Shown here: one piece after another, positions 39,911-47,177 of the stretch
Layout: every line of letters begins with the position of its first letter
How positions within the stretch are numbered: position 1 is the first letter of the stretch
From: a virus
Lineage: Duplodnaviria; Caudoviricetes
Virus record (IMG/VR): IMGVR_UViG_3300033463_000005
Span: 194,510-258,509 of that record
DNA length: 64,000 nucleotides
Strand: one strand, 5' to 3'
The notes under the pieces: model-generated
Told to the model about the DNA's origin: nothing
The model's input: the letters and a program-made list of their open reading frames with translations, nothing else
The model's database searches: none
Position numbers and translations under genes: made by a program

Positions 39911-39986
39911 TCCCGCATAGTTCAGTCGGTAGAACGGCGGACTGTTAATCCGTATGTCGTAGGTTCAAGTCCTACTGCGGGAGCCA
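39911..39986 (+). tRNA. tRNA-Asn(GTT)
   Basis: TCCCGCA/TGCGGGA acceptor, GCGGA-CTGTTAA-TCCGT, encoded CCA. Confidence 0.93.
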
Positions 39987-40330
39987 TCGTCGTCGAAGGC
40001 ATTGTCTTCGCCGACAAAAAGAAGTTCCATCCGACCAAAATCGGGAAAAAGAATTAGCGCCAGAATTCTTGGGTTATTGTCTGCCGCGATATTTCCTGCC
40101 TGGGTGAAATAGCGTCCTAGGTGAAGAACTGATGAGTGCACGCATCGGCATGTGTAGTTCTCAGAAGAGGTCTTCAACACGTGCAACACGTAGAGAAATC
40201 TCCGGCCAAGGGTCCTGGTTTCCGGATCAAGATTTCTCAACCGCACCGAAATCCGCGGCGCGGTAGATTAGGGCCCAAAATAGTAGAGGTGTGTTGAAGC
40301 GGGTACTTTAATCAGTTCTCGTGGAGCACC
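39987..40330 (+). ncRNA. unknown GC-rich structured RNA
   Basis: nested helices AGAACTGA/TCAGTTCT, CTTCAACAC/GTGTTGAAG, GAGAAATCT/AGATTTCTC; no ORF. Confidence 0.55.
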
Positions 40331-40334
40331 TCGG

Positions 40335-40429
40335 GGTGTATTAGCTCAGTGGGTAGAGCGCCAGTTCGTGGTTAGTGACTATGTCCTCATGAACTGTAGA
40401 GGTCGCGGGTTCGAGCCCCGTATACACTC
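40335..40429 (+). ncRNA. tRNA-like RNA with expanded anticodon arm
   Basis: GGTGTAT/ATACACT acceptor, canonical D and T arms, 9-bp CAGTTCGTG/CATGAACTG stem with 17-nt loop. Confidence 0.62.
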
Positions 40430-40434
40430 TTTAT

Positions 40435-40514
40435 TCCCGCATAGCTCAGACGGTAAAGAGCATAGCGAGCGGCCGTTAACCGCTAGGTCGTAGGTTCAAG
40501 TCCTACTGCGGGAA
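40435..40514 (+). tRNA. atypical tRNA-Asn(GTT) (insertion after D arm, C33)
   Basis: same acceptor and T arm as the 39911 tRNA; AGCGG-CCGTTAA-CCGCT; ~6 extra nt between D and anticodon stems. Confidence 0.62.
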
Positions 40515-40527
40515 CCGTTTCAATTAG

Positions 40528-40552
40528 TGAGGGGACCTTCGGGTCCCCTCAT
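40528..40552 (+). terminator. intrinsic terminator
   Basis: TGAGGGGACC-TTCG-GGTCCCCTCA then T-rich tract. Confidence 0.75.
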
Positions 40553-40573
40553 AAAAATTTTTATTTTTTTTTT

Positions 40574-40593
40574 AAATATATATTATTATAGTG
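40574..40593 (+). promoter_or_regulatory. putative phage early promoter
   Basis: AAATATATATTATTATAGTG, near-identical to 41597-41616. Confidence 0.65.
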
Positions 40594-40642
40594 ATGCAAT
40601 ACAAGAATTTGCATCAGAAAAAATATTTAGGAGGAATATACT

Positions 40643-41545
40643 ATGTCAAAACCGCATAATGAAAAGAGAGTTGAATTTGTATCAGCTCGCATCAAAGATC
40701 TGCAGGATACAATTGCGGCACTGCAGAAAATTCTTGACAATCCTGACATAGGCGAAAAACGAGTAGTTGAAGAACTCGGGTTAGACTTTGCGAAATATCG
40801 TCGCTTCGTTTATGATCTTACCTGGATAAACAAAGCGACAGTATCCGCAAATGTAACTGATATGAAGCCAATCAAAAACTGTGTAACATGCTGCTGGCAA
40901 GAATTGTTGTGGTTGGATATATGTCGTTGCAACTCGGCTAATATAGCTGTGGCGCCAACAGACACAGTTGAAACGATTGACAACATCATTTCGGAATTGT
41001 CCGAAAGAGAGCAATTGGTTATACATATGCGATTCGAGGAAGGTTTGTTCCTCGATGAATGTGCTAAAAGGATTGGTGTAACTCGCGGACGTGCTGGTGA
41101 GATTTTGAAACGGGCAGAGACGAGAATCAAATACAAGTATGACAGACTCAGACTTGGCGATGGTAAATATGGAACCATCATCGGAATGCAACGCCGATTG
41201 GAAGACGATCTCGAGATCAAAATAAAAAGAGAGATCATCGAGAAGTTGGACTGCAGAATCGAATCTCTTGCAGCCCTAATAAAGGATGCGTATAATACTA
41301 TAAATGGCGCTGAAGAAAAACAAAAAGAATCGACTTCCTATGTGAGACTATTGCGTTATACCCCGCTTGAAAATCTGGAATTATCGGTAAGATCATATAA
41401 TTGTCTGAAGCGAGCGGGATACAAATGTCTCAATGATTTCTGTGACAAAACTCTCACCGATATTAAGAAAATAAGGAACATTGGTAGGAAATCATACGAA
41501 GAGATTGTTGAGAAGCTCACAGAAGTGGGCATATGTTTGGAATGA
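40643..41545 (+). CDS. sigma-70 region-4 HTH fused to RNA polymerase alpha-CTD
   Basis: LSEREQLVIHMRF..GLFLDECAKRIGVTRGRAGEI (sigma r4); PLENLELSVRSYNCLKRAG...KIRNIGRKSYEEI (alphaCTD). Confidence 0.85.
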   Translation: MSKPHNEKRVEFVSARIKDLQDTIAALQKILDNPDIGEKRVVEELGLDFAKYRRFVYDLTWINKATVSANVTDMKPIKNCVTCCWQELLWLDICRCNSANIAVAPTDTVETIDNIISELSEREQLVIHMRFEEGLFLDECAKRIGVTRGRAGEILKRAETRIKYKYDRLRLGDGKYGTIIGMQRRLEDDLEIKIKREIIEKLDCRIESLAALIKDAYNTINGAEEKQKESTSYVRLLRYTPLENLELSVRSYNCLKRAGYKCLNDFCDKTLTDIKKIRNIGRKSYEEIVEKLTEVGICLE

Positions 41546-41596
41546 TAAATAAATTATTTATAGGAGCCTTTATGGCTCCTATATTTTTTTATTTTT

Positions 41597-41616
41597 GAAT
41601 ATATATTATTATAGTG
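41597..41616 (+). promoter_or_regulatory. putative phage early promoter
   Basis: GAATATATATTATTATAGTG after TAGGAGCC-TTTAT-GGCTCCTA terminator. Confidence 0.65.
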
Positions 41617-41667
41617 ATGCAAGTAAAGAAGTTTGCATCATAAACATTTAATGAGGAGGAACACAAA

Positions 41668-42771
41668 ATGATATTTCTTAAAAACATGCCGGAAAGTGAC
41701 AAGCTTCTAAAATATCTAAAACCATTATCATCTCCACCAACAGACGTTGTATCATTTATAAATGAGAAAGAGATGACAAAGTTCTATGAACTTATGCTTC
41801 CATCTGACTGTATCATCGATACGGAAATAACTGGAGAAGAGATGCAAAGTTTGTTGAAACAATTTGGGTATGATGATTATGAGGGAGCAAGCCTCACAAA
41901 AAGAGAACGGCGAATTCCACTTGACTTTGTCGTTGCAAATACAATACCATTGAAAACCATCGAAATATCATGGTTCGATGAAGATGGGGATCAATATATA
42001 ACTCAAAAACTATGTTTGTCTGAAGATGTTACGGTGATGAGATTTGATGAATCTTTATTGGACACGGACCCTACCATGGTTTACACAATCATCGATCATA
42101 CAACATTATCGGATTTAAGACATTACATCAGTACAAAAACCAACGAAGATCTTGACACGATGCGATTTATCATTGGATCAATGGAAATCTCTCGCCACAT
42201 AAATGATGTCGGTGGATCTATGCGATGTTTAATCGTCGCATTCTATGATTCATTCGAAGTTGGTATTAATCCAATCATCGACAAAATTACCGCATATGAT
42301 AAAACACGAATGAATACAATATCTGATGGAAACATTTCTATGGAAGAAGCTGAAGTTATCACATTAGCGGCAACATTGTCTGAAGACATCACAGATGCAT
42401 TGGCTTCTTTTTACTCTGTGAATGTTGGATTGTTGAATCCGGTGATACAAGAAGTGTATCAGAAAAAGACTTCCAGGATTGCGCAAGAGAGTCACACATT
42501 CAAAAAGTATCCCGACAAAAAGAAGAAAATCAGGTATGTGAAAAAGCATCTAATAACGATGTTGGATGTTGAACACGAATTTGCAAAACGCGGATTTGTT
42601 AGAAAATCGATGATCTGGTATGTTACCGGTCATTGGCGTGAATACAAGTCTGGAAAGAGAATATTCATCCAAGGATATTGGAAAGGTGCATTGCGTCATT
42701 CCAAGGATGATGTTATCCCGAATCTTGAACCAAGAGAACGGGAACTGGTGATACCTGAAAAGAGCGAATAA
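41668..42771 (+). CDS. hypothetical phage protein
   Basis: 367-aa ORF, GAGGAGG RBS, C-terminal WYVTGHWR..KSGKRIFIQGYWKG motif. Confidence 0.78.
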   Translation: MIFLKNMPESDKLLKYLKPLSSPPTDVVSFINEKEMTKFYELMLPSDCIIDTEITGEEMQSLLKQFGYDDYEGASLTKRERRIPLDFVVANTIPLKTIEISWFDEDGDQYITQKLCLSEDVTVMRFDESLLDTDPTMVYTIIDHTTLSDLRHYISTKTNEDLDTMRFIIGSMEISRHINDVGGSMRCLIVAFYDSFEVGINPIIDKITAYDKTRMNTISDGNISMEEAEVITLAATLSEDITDALASFYSVNVGLLNPVIQEVYQKKTSRIAQESHTFKKYPDKKKKIRYVKKHLITMLDVEHEFAKRGFVRKSMIWYVTGHWREYKSGKRIFIQGYWKGALRHSKDDVIPNLEPRERELVIPEKSE

Positions 42772-42817
42772 ATGCTAATCATAAATAACTAGTGAAATTA
42801 AATGAAGGGAGAAGCAA

Positions 42818-43306
42818 ATGAAAAAGCCTAGTAAAGAAGATATGGTATTAATACCAATTATAATTTTCGGAGTTGTCATGATGATACTAACAATAATCTC
42901 AGATCATGGTAAATCCAAAACAAACGTAATTGAGGAAACAACTATCACTGAGTCAGATACAACAACGACAACAACGACAACAGAAGTGCCACAGACGACT
43001 ACAACAGAAAAGGTTACAACGACAACTACTACCACTACGACATCAACTGTTGTAACCACAACAACAACAGATGTTACAACAACGACATCAACCACGACAA
43101 CAACGGAAACATCCAAATTGATGACATATGATATTTTACAAAGAATCGAAATCATCAATATTTTATTGGATGAGACAAAATATGAGCGTTTAATTAAAAA
43201 GGATCCGTCCAAATTAACCAATGATGAACATTTGGAATTATACTATTATAATTCATTGGTGATGGAACGGAAACAACTTCGGGAATATCTCGATAAAAAC
43301 AAATAA
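42818..43306 (+). CDS. membrane-anchored Thr-rich protein
   Basis: N-terminal TM helix then ~55-aa poly-Thr linker. Confidence 0.75.
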   Translation: MKKPSKEDMVLIPIIIFGVVMMILTIISDHGKSKTNVIEETTITESDTTTTTTTTEVPQTTTTEKVTTTTTTTTTSTVVTTTTTDVTTTTSTTTTTETSKLMTYDILQRIEIINILLDETKYERLIKKDPSKLTNDEHLELYYYNSLVMERKQLREYLDKNK

Positions 43307-43319
43307 GGAGGAAGATGTA

Positions 43320-45953
43320 ATGGAAACTTCTCTTGATCTTATTGGCGTAGCACTCCGCTTTGTTAAATATGTAGATTTTGCGAATACTTTACATAGATAT
43401 GCAATATTTGAAATTGGTCGCGTTGGTGGCAATATAGAACTAAAAGCACTTGAAAAAGCATACGCATCTCAGTTATGTCAAATACCTGGTGACCTGACGA
43501 ATGGTATCCTACAACAAAAGCAAGTACATGATAACTCTGGATGTTATACGGTGCGCCTTTGTCTGTTCATTGGCAATATTTTGGACGGGGCAGACCTGAT
43601 CGAGAAGGGGAGCGATGCAACGAAAGTAACCATCACTTATGAAACCGGTAATATACGACCATCATTGAAAAGCATTAAACGCATGACCGCCTATGGTAGA
43701 CCGTGGTTTGAACGCTATCCTGTCGACTGGGATGCAACGGAAGAGACGGAAGCGTTCAAGAATAAACTCGAGGTACTTGCACACCTGTTCGAAGATTTTC
43801 CTCATGCAACAAGGTGTGCAAATATAACTCATAAAAACACTCTGGCGTTTCTTGCAGTACGGCTCGGCCATATTGTCTTTGACATTGGCCGAGGGCGATT
43901 CGTCACAATTGTCCAACAAAAACACGAACCTGAATTGCTAGACCTGATTCTTACTGACACATCAGTGAATCAAGTCTGGATTTTGAACCAGGTATCTTCA
44001 ATTGTTGAAGATGAAAAACCCTGGTGGTGGAGTTCAGGATTCCCATATGTCAGGGGTGAAGACATTTTGTCAGAAATTGCCGCATTGCAGATAGACATCG
44101 TAACATTTCTGGCAGAGCGCAAAGACCGCTATCAGAAACTTGCGGCTCATATTCTGGAAAATCATGAGGATTCTACGTCTGCTGACACAACAAAGACAGA
44201 GGAGGAAAATGCAATGAATTCCGAAAAAATCGAGTTCCCGGAAAGTGCCCCGAAGAAATGGGTGTCACTGTATGGTGATCTCCACGAACTTTTCTCAACG
44301 TGGTGTCGAAAGCGTGGAGCGACACTGGAAGAATTTGTGTGCTCACATGGCGGTTTTCCGGATTATCCACAAGGCATTTATTTCAATATATTGAGGAAAT
44401 TCTCCTCAGAGTCAAAAGATAAATTAAGGTTCACAGTTCATTATGACGATACGTTTAAAACTGTCGCAATCAGATTCTTTGCATACAACATTGAGTCTTT
44501 TCACGTAACCACTCCGAAAGAACGGCTTCAGATCAGAAGTATCACATTTTGTGAACCTATATTCAAAAGCTTTATTGGAGATAAACCCTCCGAGCATCAG
44601 ATTTATTGTTCACAAACAAATGGGGACCCAGAAAGCAAAACCAGTGCTGACTGGAAACCGGTTGACGTCATTCGGGAATATTTCGGTAAAGAATTTCTCG
44701 ATAAGATTGGTGAAATCTTTGCGAAATATGTTCCGAAGGAGACAGCCATCTTCGAACCCGGGATTATTCTGAAATGGGAACTCTGTTCGGAATACAAGTT
44801 CTTCAATGAACTTCGGACGGAGATCGACAGATACTTCAAACGCTGGTTTTCGGAAGATGTATCTGTGTCACAAATCATTTTCTCTGAAAACAAGGTTGCA
44901 TGGGAAATCCAAATGACCGATGATAGAAAATATCGGGCAGAGTTGACACATGACACAAATCGCAATACTGCGATTTGTGTCCATGACGATATACTGAGAT
45001 TCTTCAAACAGGGAACTGGATTCGTAGAAAGAAAACTCGCTATGTATGAGCTTGACTATGAATTCGGTGAAAGTTTCTATCACGGAATAAAACGTATCTA
45101 TGAATATATCCGTATGCAGGTATTAAACATTGTCAACGCAGAAACACAGAAATCGACATTGCCGAAATTGGCATTGTCAGAAGAAGAACCCTATATCTTG
45201 CCGAAAGAAGAATTCAAAAAGATAACCGAGGATCTTAAGAAACTCGCTGAATCAACATCTAAGGAGGAAAAGAAAATGAATGAAAAGAAGGAATTTAACG
45301 CATTCGGAGAAGTTCTGAAAAGACTTGCCGAAAGATTGACAACGGAGACACAGGAATCAAAAACTGATGATCCGATATTCCCGCATTTCTCAACATCCAA
45401 GGACGGAGTGAAACTTGTGACTATACCGTGGGATGTTTATCGTAATATGACGAACACTCAGTATGGTATGACCACTACAATAGTGAAAGATCGCGCTTCA
45501 ATGATAATGAATGCGTTCTGGAATCCTAAAACCGGTGTCGCAACTATTCTCTGGGCGGATGGTTCGAAGACCATGTCAAAGCCCATGGAAGGAACCACTC
45601 CGGATCCGGAAATCGGATTTGCCATCTGCATTGCAAAGAAGATAATGGGTGGAACCCAGAATAAATGGAGAAAGTGGTTGAAGAGCACCATCGAAGCATC
45701 TACAGCTTCCGCCAAGAAGAAAAGTGACAAGAGTCGTATCAAGCTGGAGAAACAGGCTCGTGCACGTCTTGATGCTCAGCAGATCACAGAACCGTCTGAT
45801 GTTCAACTTACAGAAATGATTGAGACAATCATCAAAGAAAATGCAACACGAAACAGACCAAATGTTTCTGTTAAGTTCATTGACCATTCGTATGACGTAC
45901 TTGATAAGCCGGCTCCTAAAAAGAGACCCGGCAGAAAGAAGAAAACCAACTAA
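43320..45953 (+). CDS. large hypothetical protein with conserved C-terminal phage domain
   Basis: 877-aa ORF; ATILWADGSKT...DPEIGFAICIAKK domain. Confidence 0.8.
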   Translation: METSLDLIGVALRFVKYVDFANTLHRYAIFEIGRVGGNIELKALEKAYASQLCQIPGDLTNGILQQKQVHDNSGCYTVRLCLFIGNILDGADLIEKGSDATKVTITYETGNIRPSLKSIKRMTAYGRPWFERYPVDWDATEETEAFKNKLEVLAHLFEDFPHATRCANITHKNTLAFLAVRLGHIVFDIGRGRFVTIVQQKHEPELLDLILTDTSVNQVWILNQVSSIVEDEKPWWWSSGFPYVRGEDILSEIAALQIDIVTFLAERKDRYQKLAAHILENHEDSTSADTTKTEEENAMNSEKIEFPESAPKKWVSLYGDLHELFSTWCRKRGATLEEFVCSHGGFPDYPQGIYFNILRKFSSESKDKLRFTVHYDDTFKTVAIRFFAYNIESFHVTTPKERLQIRSITFCEPIFKSFIGDKPSEHQIYCSQTNGDPESKTSADWKPVDVIREYFGKEFLDKIGEIFAKYVPKETAIFEPGIILKWELCSEYKFFNELRTEIDRYFKRWFSEDVSVSQIIFSENKVAWEIQMTDDRKYRAELTHDTNRNTAICVHDDILRFFKQGTGFVERKLAMYELDYEFGESFYHGIKRIYEYIRMQVLNIVNAETQKSTLPKLALSEEEPYILPKEEFKKITEDLKKLAESTSKEEKKMNEKKEFNAFGEVLKRLAERLTTETQESKTDDPIFPHFSTSKDGVKLVTIPWDVYRNMTNTQYGMTTTIVKDRASMIMNAFWNPKTGVATILWADGSKTMSKPMEGTTPDPEIGFAICIAKKIMGGTQNKWRKWLKSTIEASTASAKKKSDKSRIKLEKQARARLDAQQITEPSDVQLTEMIETIIKENATRNRPNVSVKFIDHSYDVLDKPAPKKRPGRKKKTN

Positions 45954-45966
45954 TTAGATGATAAAT

Positions 45967-45986
45967 GGGGGCGCATATGCGCCCCC
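45967..45986 (+). terminator. GC palindromic hairpin/terminator
   Basis: GGGGGCGC-ATAT-GCGCCCCC. Confidence 0.65.
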
Positions 45987-46024
45987 TGATTTTATCATTA
46001 ACAACATAATTATTTTAATTTTAA

Positions 46025-46044
46025 AAATATATATTATTAATGTG
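46025..46044 (+). promoter_or_regulatory. putative phage early promoter driving the RAMP-like gene
   Basis: AAATATATATTATTAATGTG followed by 5' hairpin AATAAAGAGG/CCTCTTTATT. Confidence 0.62.
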
Positions 46045-46271
46045 AAATAAAGAGGATAAACCACGCAGTTGGTAGTTCCTCTTTATTATGGTCATCTCCG
46101 ATAATCCCAGAAGTTATCGGTTATGATAGATTCGATGTGGGTAGTAGCAAATCAGATGACAATGATTTGTGAATCATACCACCGCGATATGCGCACGTGT
46201 CATTGTACCGTATCATCAATCTGCGGTATATAAATGGATTGAACATCATTTATAGGTTAGGAGAAAAAATT

Positions 46272-47099
46272 ATGGCAGCGAAGAAAGCAACTACTGAGAC
46301 AACTGCAACCACCGAGAAGAAGGGCGTGCTCAAGACATATGAACTGCCCGTTCACATCACATTCATGGAAGGTGTTCTGGGTACACTTCCGAACGACAAA
46401 GAGATTCTCAACAGCTTCATTACGTCGAAATCGGCAGATGCGGTTTCCCGCACGGATGAAATCGAAGCAGTCGGTATCGAAGAAGTTATTGAGAAGGGAA
46501 AGACGGTATTTCCGCGTGATGCGGAAGGCAGACCCTTCATCTATGACTATCAGTTGAAGGGGTTCTTCAAAGAGAAGTGCTCCTTCTTGAAGAACATCAA
46601 CGGAACAGAGTCGGCGAAGATGACGGCGTTTAAGAAGAAGATTGATGGTCTCTTCTTCATCAAAGACCGCCGGAATCCGATCACAATCACTGACGGTCTG
46701 AGCATTGAATCCTGCCAGAGACCGCTGCGTGCAGAAACCGCACAGGGTCCGAGAGTTTCTCTTGCGAATTCGGAAGAGATTCCTGTCGGATCTGAATGCG
46801 ATTTCACGGTTCTTGTCTTTGACAAATCCCATATTGATATTGTCAAAGAATGGCTGGAGTACGGTATCGTACACGGCACGGGTCAGTGGAGAAATTCCGG
46901 TAAGGGACGTTTCATCTGCGAATTCGGCGAAGTCTCCGAAGGCGAAATGACCTATGCCGAGCACATTAAGCGTGCAAAGGCGGCCATCAAAGCCGAAGTT
47001 GCCCAGAAGATTCTGGAGCAGCAGGAAAAAGAAGCCGAGAAGAAACGTCAGCGGGAAGCTGCTGAAGCAGAAAAGGCCGCAAAGAATGCCGGTAAATAA
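46272..47099 (+). CDS. stand-alone RAMP/Cas7-like RNA-binding protein
   Basis: beta1-Gly VHITFMEGVLG; PFIYDYQLKGFFKE (Cas7/Csm3 P.I....LKG motif); thumb QRPLRAETAQGPRVSL; EEIPVGSECDFTV; Gly-rich loop YGIVHGTGQWRNSGKGRF; AGGAG RBS; strong codon bias. Confidence 0.82.
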   Translation: MAAKKATTETTATTEKKGVLKTYELPVHITFMEGVLGTLPNDKEILNSFITSKSADAVSRTDEIEAVGIEEVIEKGKTVFPRDAEGRPFIYDYQLKGFFKEKCSFLKNINGTESAKMTAFKKKIDGLFFIKDRRNPITITDGLSIESCQRPLRAETAQGPRVSLANSEEIPVGSECDFTVLVFDKSHIDIVKEWLEYGIVHGTGQWRNSGKGRFICEFGEVSEGEMTYAEHIKRAKAAIKAEVAQKILEQQEKEAEKKRQREAAEAEKAAKNAGK

Positions 47100-47177
47100 A
47101 TCATAAATCGTAAAGCCCCGTATTTTATGTATGATACGGGGCTTTACATTCATATACACTTGAAAGGAGGAATATGA

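Noticed and set aside
40128-40165. Hammerhead ribozyme (CTGATGAG core)
   Set aside because: No GAAA after a stem II and no matching stems I/III; CTGA is used in a long-range helix instead.
42940-43110. ACA/ACG/ACT trinucleotide repeat as a DNA repeat element
   Set aside because: Simply encodes the poly-Thr linker of a membrane protein.
46257-47159. 300-aa antisense ORF spanning the RAMP-like gene
   Set aside because: Mirror frame of a strongly codon-biased gene; no RBS or recognisable motifs.
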